28,815 nt of DNA from a virus (lineage: Duplodnaviria; Heunggongvirae; Uroviricota; Caudoviricetes): positions 176,262 through 205,076 of IMG/VR virus record IMGVR_UViG_3300033068_001142; one strand, given 5' to 3'. A program made the position numbers and the translations under genes. This document shows, one piece after another, positions 1 through 6,995 of the stretch (within the stretch, counting starts at the first letter, position 1; each line of letters starts with the position of its first letter). The notes beneath the pieces are model-generated. The model saw nothing but the letters and a program-made list of their open reading frames with translations, was not told the origin of the DNA and searched no databases.

Positions 1-621
1 AGTGTATTTCTTGAAGGCTACTGATGGAACGTGTGAATACTCGATCTCGTGCCATTGTCCTGCACACATTTTAGTCTCAACTACATTAGTTTTTTTAGCG
101 ACTAATCTTCTGATTTCTCCAATAGGAGTTTCAGTGTATTTAGCAAAGTCCTTATGGAATTGAGATTGTCTTGGGAACCATTTAGCACATAGACCATTAG
201 ATGCTAATAGTTGTATTCTAACTAATTCTAAGATTAAAGCATCAAGAACTTGGTTTTTACCATATAATTGGTAAACATCTTTCCATGAACCGATTTCTGG
301 AATGTATGGTAATAATTTATAATAACCAGCCATGAAGTCATCGTATGATGATAATTTTTCTAAGATAACTTTGTTAAGGATTCTTAATGAATCTTTGTTA
401 CCTTGTCCTCCCCTACAGTCTCTTAAGTAGAAAGCTACTTTGATAGCTTCAACTGGGTTTGAAACTAGTGCTCTAATGATTAGTTCTTCTTTTTTAGCTA
501 AGTCACAAGATACGCCCATTGAGAATAAATCTAATGAGGCGTTTAATGATGACTTGTTAGATATAGCACCATTAGCTGTTGTTGTTATGTTTAGTAATGA
601 TTTGATGAAAGAAGTTTCCAT
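1..621 (-). CDS. DUF2828-family (Ro60/TROVE-related) protein, 5' part; runs off the left edge; absent from ORF track
   Basis: Manual translation is open for 207 codons: METSFIKSLLNITTTANGA...LDLF...YLRDCRGGQG...IPEIGSWKD...CAKWFPR...VVETKMCAGQWHEIEYSHVPSVAFKKY, matching DUF2828 motifs in order. RBS AAAAGGA upstream. Confidence 0.88.
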   Translation of the reverse strand, partial: METSFIKSLLNITTTANGAISNKSSLNASLDLFSMGVSCDLAKKEELIIRALVSNPVEAIKVAFYLRDCRGGQGNKDSLRILNKVILEKLSSYDDFMAGYYKLLPYIPEIGSWKDVYQLYGKNQVLDALILELVRIQLLASNGLCAKWFPRQSQFHKDFAKYTETPIGEIRRLVAKKTNVVETKMCAGQWHEIEYSHVPSVAFKKYT

Positions 622-651
622 TGGTTTTTCCTTTTGTTTTTATAGATTTTG

Positions 652-770
652 GTCTATTACACTGCTGGTAACTCGATCTTGTGCAGGATTTGAACCTGCT
701 ATGTTTGAATATAAGTCAAAGTTTTTACCAATTAAGTTAGTGCTGGGGAGTTACCAACAGTATAATAGAC
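652..770 (-). ncRNA. CAGCA-motif RNA 1: long terminal helix enclosing a tRNA-like D/anticodon/T module (loop CU-UAU-AU)
   Basis: GTCTATTATACTGTTGGTAACTC pairs with GAGTTACCAGCAGTGTAATAGAC; CAGCAC follows; TTTGA-CTTATAT-TCAAA arm; GCAGG-TTCAAAT-CCTGC T arm; no proper acceptor stem. Confidence 0.7.
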
Positions 771-838
771 AGGATGCGTTTTAAGTTAACTTGCAAAGTT
801 TTGGCTGCAAAATAATTAAAGGTTGCTGTAAGCATCCT
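771..838 (-). ncRNA. CAGCA-motif RNA 2 with Ala(UGC)-like anticodon loop
   Basis: AGGATGC/GCATCCT helix, TACAGCAA, internal AAC-TTTGCAA-GTT. Confidence 0.65.
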
Positions 839-859
839 AGTAGTGGTGTTACTACTTTA

Positions 860-922
860 CAGAGAACTTATTGTGATTTTATCTTAAAAGGATAGTCATA
901 ATAGGGTGCTGATAGTTCTCTG
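860..922 (-). ncRNA. CAGCA-motif RNA 3 with Lys(UUU) anticodon stem-loop
   Basis: CAGAGAACT/AGTTCTCTG helix (extends imperfectly to about 843-940), ATCAGCAC, internal TATC-CTTTTAA-GATA. Confidence 0.7.
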
Positions 923-1024
923 GAAAATAGTAGAATCCACCGCATCGATATTGAGGACTTTTACCCCAAGTTGTACATACTGCTCAGTACGGCGACACAG
1001 TACTTGTTTTCTTTAAACGTTTAA

Positions 1025-1100
1025 TTCTTCTTGAGCGAATGGATTTGAATCATTCATAGTACTGTACTAGTACTACTGCGCCCTGCTCTAAATCAAGAAG
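1025..1100 (-). ncRNA. Degenerate tRNA-like hairpin element
   Basis: TTCTTGA/TCAAGAA closing stem, TAGTAC/GTACTA hairpin, T-arm-like AATGA-TTCAAAT-CCATT. Confidence 0.4.
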
Positions 1101-1116
1101 GAGTATTACTACTCAA

Positions 1117-1248
1117 CAGAAAACATTTGTGCCTGATTAGGATTCGAACCTTATCTCTTGGTTAACAACCAAGTGTAATAACCAGTTATACTAGTAGCTC
1201 CAGGACTTAATGGAGAGCTTTAATTGTATGGATTGCTGATGTTATCTG
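1117..1248 (-). ncRNA. CAGCA-motif RNA 4 containing a tRNA-Asn(GUU)-like module
   Basis: CAGATAACAT/ATGTTTTCTG helix, CAGCAA, D arm TAGTATAACTGGTTATTAC, CTTGG-TTGTTAA-CCAAG, AGG-TTCGAAT-CCT; acceptor stem disrupted. Confidence 0.7.
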
Positions 1249-1262
1249 GGTAATACTTATGA

Positions 1263-1566
1263 TAGTAATAGTGTGTTGTTACACCAAATCGTGTTGAGGG
1301 TCTTGTATAGCATCACAGATATTCTAATCCCGTTACATTCTCTGTTTACCTAAGGGCTGTCATCCTTCGGCTTTTAAGGATAAAGTTTTCATATGCTTTA
1401 ACCTATTATTCTTTGTTTGACGGCTACGCCCGATTCAAACACTATACAAACTGTACTTGTCCTTCCCCTGTTATCTGATACCACCTAAATGCTGGGACCG
1501 CTATAGGACTGGATAACTCCGAACTCTTTAAAAGATGGCTACTTCTAAGCCTACTTCCTATTACTA
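1263..1566 (-). ncRNA. 23S rRNA H43/H44 (L11-binding) mimic with about 240-nt structured insertion
   Basis: GGAAGTAGGCTTAGAAGTAGCCATCTTTTAAAGAGT (1558-1523) and GTGTAACAACACACT (1284-1270) resemble 23S GGAUGUUGGCUUAGAAGCAGCCAUC-UUUAAAGA..GCGUAAUAGCUCACU; closed by TAGTAATAG/CTATTACTA. Confidence 0.7.
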
Positions 1567-1571
1567 CTCAA

Positions 1572-1636
1572 CAGACAGCTCTTGGATGGTTCAAAATTAA
1601 AAGTTTTGTCATTGTTAAGTGTGCTGAGGCTGTCTG
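1572..1636 (-). ncRNA. CAGCA-motif RNA 5 with Lys(UUU) anticodon stem-loop
   Basis: CAGACAGC/GCTGTCTG helix (extends to about 1561-1649), CTCAGCAC, perfect CAAAA-CTTTTAA-TTTTG. Confidence 0.7.
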
Positions 1637-1658
1637 ATGAATAGTATTAAGGAAGAAA

Positions 1659-1853
1659 TTAATCTTCCTTTGGTTTTTTCTCAATAGTTTTGTAAGCTAC
1701 TGCAACAAGTCTAGTTTTCTTAGGGTCTCTAAGATTTCTTTCTTCTTCTAGAGTAATTACTCCACCACCGTTTACGCTGTTTTCTTGAACAGTTCTACCT
1801 GTTCTCTTCCAGTTTTCTTTTTTTATTTCTTCTGAATTTACTTTTTTGTTCAT
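1659..1853 (-). CDS. Hypothetical basic protein (64 aa)
   Basis: ORF with AAGGA RBS on the gene-dense strand. Confidence 0.7.
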   Translation of the reverse strand: MNKKVNSEEIKKENWKRTGRTVQENSVNGGGVITLEEERNLRDPKKTRLVAVAYKTIEKKPKED

Positions 1854-1876
1854 TTGTTGTCCTTGTTTTTTTGAGT

Positions 1877-1936
1877 TTATAAATCTGCAGATATCATAAT
1901 AAAGAGTATGATAATTAAAAGGATTTCGATGTCCAT
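1877..1936 (-). CDS. Possible 19-aa hydrophobic peptide MDIEILLIIILFIMISADL
   Basis: Strong RBS TTAAGGAG; single TM-like stretch. Confidence 0.4.
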   Translation of the reverse strand: MDIEILLIIILFIMISADL

Positions 1937-1966
1937 ACAGACTCCTTAATTAAGATAAGCAGGAGG

Positions 1967-2935
1967 TTAGTCCTGCTTTGAAAGTTTAGATGTGATTATA
2001 GCGATAACAATGAATGATAAACCTAATCCACCTACGATTAATTCGTTTACTTCTGTAAACATCTTCATGAACATGATGAAAGCTAATGCTCCGATGGCAT
2101 AGTGTGCTCCGTGTTCTAAGTATTTGAACTTAGTAAGTGTTCCTTCTTCAACTAAGTGAATAGTGATAGATCTTACGTACATAGCTCCAACACCTAATCC
2201 AACCATGATGATGAATATGTCTGAAGATAATGCGAATGCTCCGATTACTCCGTCGAAAGAGAATGAAGCATCAAGAACTTCTAAGTAAAGGAATCCGATA
2301 AGTCCAGATTTAACTCCGTCAGATGAGAATGCATCATCTAAGCTGTTAAGGATAGCGAATAGGATGATTCCTGAGAAGTATGCGATAGCAATAGTAGCTG
2401 AGTTAGTTAAATGAACTAAGTAAAGTCCTGCGATTGAAGCTAAGATTAAGCTAATTGATGGGATTTGACATAAAGCTAGTGTAAGTTTGTTAGCTTCAAG
2501 AGGTTTAATCCAATGGTGTTCTCGTTCTTCATCAAAGAAGAAAGATAAGAATACCATTAATAGGAATGACCCACCAAATGCAAAGATTGTGTGTTCGTTA
2601 GCTTCTAAAGCGTGATGATAAGCTTGAGGGTTTGTTAAAGCCATTGATCCAGCGTCGTACATAGAGATGCCTGCGGCAATAGATACAATTAGAATTGGGA
2701 ATAGTAATCTCATACCGAATACGGCGATAGGAATACCCCAGATGATGAATCGTTTTCTCCATTTTTCGTCCATAGTCCCAAGGACCTTGGCATTAACGAC
2801 GGCGTTATCGAATGAAACTGAAACTTCTAATGCACATAACATTAGGATTGTTAATAGAGCTGCATAACTTCCGTAGAAGAACGCCCATACTACCGCAGCG
2901 ACAAGTAGTATATGCGATAGTAAGTAGTGTCTCAT
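1967..2935 (-). CDS. DUF475 / TerC-like integral membrane protein
   Basis: LEVSVSFDNAVVNA, FLYLEVLDASFSFDGVIGAFA and YLEHGAHYAIG motifs; multiple TM helices. Confidence 0.92.
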   Translation of the reverse strand: MRHYLLSHILLVAAVVWAFFYGSYAALLTILMLCALEVSVSFDNAVVNAKVLGTMDEKWRKRFIIWGIPIAVFGMRLLFPILIVSIAAGISMYDAGSMALTNPQAYHHALEANEHTIFAFGGSFLLMVFLSFFFDEEREHHWIKPLEANKLTLALCQIPSISLILASIAGLYLVHLTNSATIAIAYFSGIILFAILNSLDDAFSSDGVKSGLIGFLYLEVLDASFSFDGVIGAFALSSDIFIIMVGLGVGAMYVRSITIHLVEEGTLTKFKYLEHGAHYAIGALAFIMFMKMFTEVNELIVGGLGLSFIVIAIITSKLSKQD

Positions 2936-3540
2936 TATTTGTACTTAGCTACGATTTCTTGTAAGTTCCCTGTTAAGGCATTACCTAACGCTTTGAACTT
3001 CCAAGTACCTTCGTATCTGTAGAATTGACATACTTCAACTGCTGTTGCTGCTGAGAAGTCTTCAACTAAATCATATTTACCTAATACTTCACCAGTAGTT
3101 TTGTTGTACATTCTAGCTTTACATGATGGAACTTGACCGAAGTTTTGGTTTCTGTCTTTTGCTTCATGAATGTTGATGATGATGTTGATTTTAGATACGT
3201 TAGCTGGAACTGAGTTTAATGATACAGTTAATGTTTCGTCATCCCCTGAACCTTTCCCAGTTAAGTTATCACCTGAGTGATGAATTGAACCATCTTTAGA
3301 TTTGAATGGTGCACCACCTGCTGGTGCTAAACCGTAGTATACTGCTCCATCTGCAACTAATTTACCATCTGCATCTAACATAACTGCCATTGAGTCTGCA
3401 TCAAATGAGTTTGCTCCTGGAATTTCATCCCAAGCTAATCCAACTGATGCTTCAGTTAGTCCTTCAGAGATTGCTTTTTCTAATGAGATGTTAACACCCT
3501 TAGTTAATACTATTGTGTTTGATGTTTCTTGAATTGACAT
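2935..3540 (-). CDS. terD: TerD-family stress protein (main start likely 3540; in-frame upstream ATG at 3639)
   Basis: VGLAWD, DADSMA, HSGDNLTGKGSGDDE, QNFGQV, FYRYEGTWKFKALG; AGGA RBS before MSIQET. Confidence 0.9.
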   Translation of the reverse strand: MSIQETSNTIVLTKGVNISLEKAISEGLTEASVGLAWDEIPGANSFDADSMAVMLDADGKLVADGAVYYGLAPAGGAPFKSKDGSIHHSGDNLTGKGSGDDETLTVSLNSVPANVSKINIIINIHEAKDRNQNFGQVPSCKARMYNKTTGEVLGKYDLVEDFSAATAVEVCQFYRYEGTWKFKALGNALTGNLQEIVAKYK

Positions 3541-3642
3541 TGTGTTTATCCTGTTTTCTAAATTTATTAATGTATTATTAATAGTGGTTGAAGCTATATT
3601 AGCTACGCCTGTGGCAATCCTACCTAATCTGTCAAGCATCGA

Positions 3643-4041
3643 TTACTCGATACCTGGGATTGCTAATTGATTGTAAGCTTGGCCTAAGATTCTTGATCTT
3701 TTTAAAGCTCTCTTACCCTTTCTTCTGTAGTATGTTACAGCTTTTGGTAATTCTGGAACTGTTCTGATACTATAAGAAGTAACACAGTTAGTTGTTGACT
3801 GAGTGATTGATAATCCTCTTTCAGCTAATTGTTTGTTAAGCTTAGTATATGCTGTTAATCTTTGAAGATTTCTTCTGTTGATTAAGCTATGAGATACTAA
3901 TGGATCGTTAGCTGGTACTGCTGGTAATTGAATTCCGAACATAGTGTCTAATACGTCTGCAGAGAATGTTGTACCTTGTGTGAATAACTGAGCATTAGTT
4001 AAAATGATTCCAGCTACTGTAGTTTTGTTTGTTCTTACCAT
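3643..4041 (-). CDS. Hypothetical basic protein (likely start 4041)
   Basis: ORF; AAGGACAAACA-ATG. Confidence 0.7.
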   Translation of the reverse strand: MVRTNKTTVAGIILTNAQLFTQGTTFSADVLDTMFGIQLPAVPANDPLVSHSLINRRNLQRLTAYTKLNKQLAERGLSITQSTTNCVTSYSIRTVPELPKAVTYYRRKGKRALKRSRILGQAYNQLAIPGIE

Positions 4042-4229
4042 TGTTTGTCCTTGATGGTGTAAAATTGAGTATCTAACTCTCAAATAAAATATAGGGTATC
4101 CATTAAAGAATTAGAAAACACCCATCATCCTACCGATGGGTGTAATCCTTGAAAGGAGAAAAAATGAAAAAATGTTAATGTAATTAACGGATGAGGTTTA
4201 CATCAGACCTTTGGATTAAATCCGTAGAG

Positions 4230-4319
4230 CTTAAGCTCTGCAGAGTACATGTGTTTGCTTGTAAAATACCAATTATTTTTGCGTTTATGATTTGCTGTAT
4301 GTACTCTGAAGAGGTTAAG
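4230..4319 (-). ncRNA. CAGCA-motif RNA 6 (possible Val UAC-like loop)
   Basis: CTTAACCTCTTCAGAGTACAT / ATGTACTCTGCAGAGCTTAAG helix, ACAGCAAA; internal TTTACAA with weak stem. Confidence 0.62.
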
Positions 4320-4339
4320 GGTGGGCTGGTTAGGCCCGG

Positions 4340-4464
4340 TGTCAAGGGAGAGATTCGAACTCTCTTCGTTTCGTTGCAATAAAAATTTAGAGTAGATTGC
4401 TGTCTGTATCTAAAACCATACTAGATCCTGCTGTACCCGTTATTACCATATTCGGCTCTTGACA
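4340..4464 (-). ncRNA. tRNA-shaped RNA 7: acceptor, D and T arms, with the anticodon region replaced by a CAGCA-containing insert
   Basis: TGTCAAG/CTTGACA, GCCGAATATGGTAATAACGG, GAGAG-TTCGAAT-CTCTC; insert contains TACAGCAG and GACAGCAA. Confidence 0.6.
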
Positions 4465-4472
4465 TTTGAGAA

Positions 4473-4577
4473 TGGCGCCGTCCCCACGAATTACACGTGA
4501 TCTTATTCATCGACATTGAAAATTGTATGATTAAGGTTTGCTGTGAATATCAATCTAGATATTGGTATTCGGACGGC
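4473..4577 (-). ncRNA. tRNA-shaped RNA 8 with CCA end enclosing a CAGCA module (Glu UUC-like loop)
   Basis: GCCGTCC/GGACGGC-G-CCA acceptor, T-arm-like CACG-TGTAATT-CGTG, inner TATTCA/TGAATA helix followed by CAGCAAA, ACA-ATTTTCAA-TGT. Confidence 0.62.
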
Positions 4578-4596
4578 ATATAAAAGTGAGAAAAAT

Positions 4597-4674
4597 TGGT
4601 TGCGGGAGTGGGATTTGAACCACACGACATCGAGATTATGAGCCTCGCAAGCTACCGGACTGCTACATCCCGCA
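4597..4674 (-). tRNA. tRNA-Met (CAT), fMet-like D arm
   Basis: TGCGGGA/TCCCGCA-ACCA, GTAGCAGTCCGGTAGCT, CGAGG-CTCATAA-TCTCG, TTCAAAT loop (one extra base in T stem). Confidence 0.88.
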
Positions 4675-4842
4675 ATTAGTAGTGCAGATAAGAAAGGATA
4701 ACACCTGCACTACCGGAAAAAACACATATGAAAAAAACAAAATGTTGACATAGAGTTCTATGTCTACTCTCTTTGAAGGGTGAGCTAGTTTTCAGATATC
4801 CCTTGTTAAGTAGGCCAGTCACGAACTGGCTGACGTCTAGAG

Positions 4843-5022
4843 CTACTTAACGCTAGAGACAACGTCAGCAGCTATGATAGCTAATCCTTCGATTGACATT
4901 GTCTCTTGTCCTAAGATATTTAGAGTATATTGAACACGAGTGTTAAATGTTTCTCTTAGTTCCTTAGGTAGTTTTTCAGCTATTTGTTGCTTAGATATTC
5001 TGAATAGCATAATGTTAGGCAT
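4843..5022 (-). CDS. Hypothetical 59-aa protein (below ORF-track cutoff)
   Basis: AAGGAGG RBS; MPNIMLFRISKQQIAEKLP...VVSSVK*. Confidence 0.65.
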   Translation of the reverse strand: MPNIMLFRISKQQIAEKLPKELRETFNTRVQYTLNILGQETMSIEGLAIIAADVVSSVK

Positions 5023-5025
5023 TAC

Positions 5026-5412
5026 TTAGCCTCCTTTTATGATTTTCATTATTTGTGATATATGTTCAATAATCCAAACTTTAGGAGCTAAAAGAATTTG
5101 AATTATATCTTGAATGTTTAGAAAGAATATAAGAGTATATACAATACTACCTACTATAATGTAAACATATGTTACTGCATAAGAATCATCGCCCCAAGTT
5201 GGTTGTTTTCTTACTAGTCTTACTAGTAAAGCTACTGATAGTAAACCTATAATAGATAATATTGACCAAAGACTACTTTTGTATAATTCAAACAGCATCC
5301 ATTGATGAATAACGTCTGGTATTTGTTCTAAAACAGCTATCTTAGCTTGTGATGCATTAGATTGGATATCTCCTATAACTTCAAGTAATTTGTTTTCTAA
5401 TTGATTGTCCAT
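5026..5412 (-). CDS. Hypothetical membrane protein
   Basis: Two TM segments; coupled stop/start. Confidence 0.75.
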   Translation of the reverse strand: MDNQLENKLLEVIGDIQSNASQAKIAVLEQIPDVIHQWMLFELYKSSLWSILSIIGLLSVALLVRLVRKQPTWGDDSYAVTYVYIIVGSIVYTLIFFLNIQDIIQILLAPKVWIIEHISQIMKIIKGG

Positions 5413-5714
5413 TACTTGTCCTCAATGATGTAACCCATGTTTGAATGGATTTTCTTGTTAGAAGAACCTAACCAAACTGAGATTGTTTCTCCGTTTGATG
5501 ATACTTCATATCTAAGATCTCTATCTGAGTAAGATGAGATTAGAGTTCCTGTCATAGGAGAATAGAATGTTACAGTTCTGTTTGAACCAACTAAGTCTGC
5601 TTTGAAGTCGTATACTTTCTTTTGAACTACTTCAACATTGAAAAACGTAATAAATCCAGCTAGAATTACTAACAGGATTGTTACAAATATTAATTTTGCT
5701 TTAAATGTAAACAT
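5412..5714 (-). CDS. Hypothetical membrane-anchored protein
   Basis: N-terminal TM; TAATG coupling. Confidence 0.75.
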   Translation of the reverse strand: MFTFKAKLIFVTILLVILAGFITFFNVEVVQKKVYDFKADLVGSNRTVTFYSPMTGTLISSYSDRDLRYEVSSNGETISVWLGSSNKKIHSNMGYIIEDK

Positions 5715-6556
5715 TATTTAACCTTTAAGATATTGTTAGCTTGTTTCATGATGATGTTAGCTAAGTCTTCCATTTGTTCTTCAGATAATGAATTAGGATC
5801 TGCGATAACTAATGTATCAGTACAGATTGTGTCTAAAGTTTGGTTGAATAGACCTTTTGTTAATTCGATGTTTTCGAATGTGTATACTGCTTTCCCGTTA
5901 GGAAGTTTGTTGTTTAAGTCCCAATCCTTGATAGGTAGGAATGTTAATTGACTGTTAGCTGCTAGTACATCTAAAACTAATGAATTATCGGTGCTTGGAG
6001 TTTGCATTTGAAGAACTGCATCGTATTTGTCATCAGAGTTTGATAATAATTTACTCATAGCTAATGCGTCACCTTTCTCAAAAGTCATAGCTTTAGCAAA
6101 TCCAGGTTCTAAGATGCTCATGTATTTCCATGTAGCGTTTGATCCTGCCCCTTCTTTTCCGATAGCAATTCTAACTGACTCTTTTTGTAAGTCTTGATCA
6201 GATTTGATTTTACCAGTCTTAGATACTGTAGTATATAAGCATCCCTTACCAAGAGAGCCGATAATTTCAAGTTTCTTAACGTCAGGGTTTTTCTTCATAC
6301 TGTAAGCATAAGCATCAGCAAATGTTAAAGCTACGTTAGCTTTCCCTGATAATACGTTTTCGATGTTTTCTAATGATCCTTTTGAAGGGATAACTTCAAC
6401 TTTGTCTCTTGAAGGCATAAGTTGTTTGATGTTCATACCCATTGGGTAATACGATTTGTCTTTAGCTCCTGTTGAGATAATCATAGGAGTATCTGCAGCA
6501 AATGCTTGTAATGATAGTGCTGCTGCGATTGCAGCTGCTAATAATGATTTTTTCAT
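5714..6556 (-). CDS. TAXI-family TRAP transporter solute-binding protein (start 6556, MKKSLL)
   Basis: Signal peptide; ISTG...YY, SKGSLENI, IAIGKEGAGS motifs. Confidence 0.8.
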   Translation of the reverse strand: MKKSLLAAAIAAALSLQAFAADTPMIISTGAKDKSYYPMGMNIKQLMPSRDKVEVIPSKGSLENIENVLSGKANVALTFADAYAYSMKKNPDVKKLEIIGSLGKGCLYTTVSKTGKIKSDQDLQKESVRIAIGKEGAGSNATWKYMSILEPGFAKAMTFEKGDALAMSKLLSNSDDKYDAVLQMQTPSTDNSLVLDVLAANSQLTFLPIKDWDLNNKLPNGKAVYTFENIELTKGLFNQTLDTICTDTLVIADPNSLSEEQMEDLANIIMKQANNILKVK

Positions 6557-6566
6557 TGTGTTTTCC

Positions 6567-6995
6567 TTATTTTGTTTTGTCACATACAATAATATATGAT
6601 AATAATACTCTGTACCAAGGTTGTTTAATACCTTCGAATTTATATTCTAAGTCTCTTGATTTCCATCTAATAGATTCTCTAATTTCGTGGAATATGCCAT
6701 AAAGAGTTATAAAGGCTACAGTTCCTAATATTGACCATATCCATAACATTTGTGCTCCATTAAGAGAACATTTTATTAGGTAGTCTCTTAAAGTTTCATA
6801 AAATACAGTTGATTTTTCTGGCATCAAATATGCAGCTAGTTCATACATATCGAATGTTATTATTAAAAAATAGATAATACTAGCTATAAAGGAAGTAATA
6901 ATTACAAATACAGTAATAGCTACTACAAAGCATAATATTATCATAAGTATAGTTTTAATTCCTGCTAGTAAGTCTGGGTTTATTCTACATTTCAT
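6567..6995 (-). CDS. Hypothetical membrane protein
   Basis: Hydrophobic segments; ATGA overlap with thyX. Confidence 0.65.
   Translation of the reverse strand: MKCRINPDLLAGIKTILMIILCFVVAITVFVIITSFIASIIYFLIITFDMYELAAYLMPEKSTVFYETLRDYLIKCSLNGAQMLWIWSILGTVAFITLYGIFHEIRESIRWKSRDLEYKFEGIKQPWYRVLLSYIIVCDKTK

Noticed and set aside
440-784. + strand 114-aa ORF
   Set aside because: Antisense shadow of the DUF2828 gene and RNA 1; no recognisable motifs.
977-1002. CTGCTCAGTACG resembling the sarcin-ricin loop
   Set aside because: On the + strand opposite to local transcription and lacks the GAGAGG tetraloop segment; likely chance.
1128-1200. Functional tRNA-Asn
   Set aside because: No canonical 7-bp acceptor stem or CCA; embedded in a larger helix.
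1523-1558. True 23S rRNA gene
   Set aside because: Only about 50 nt resemble rRNA; the flanks do not. Treated as a mimic.
652-1650. CRISPR array
   Set aside because: No identical direct repeats with regular spacing; conservation is structural plus a 5-6 nt motif.
4191-4382. + strand 63-aa ORF (also 8108-8299)
   Set aside because: Overlaps minus-strand structured RNAs, with no RBS or motif support.
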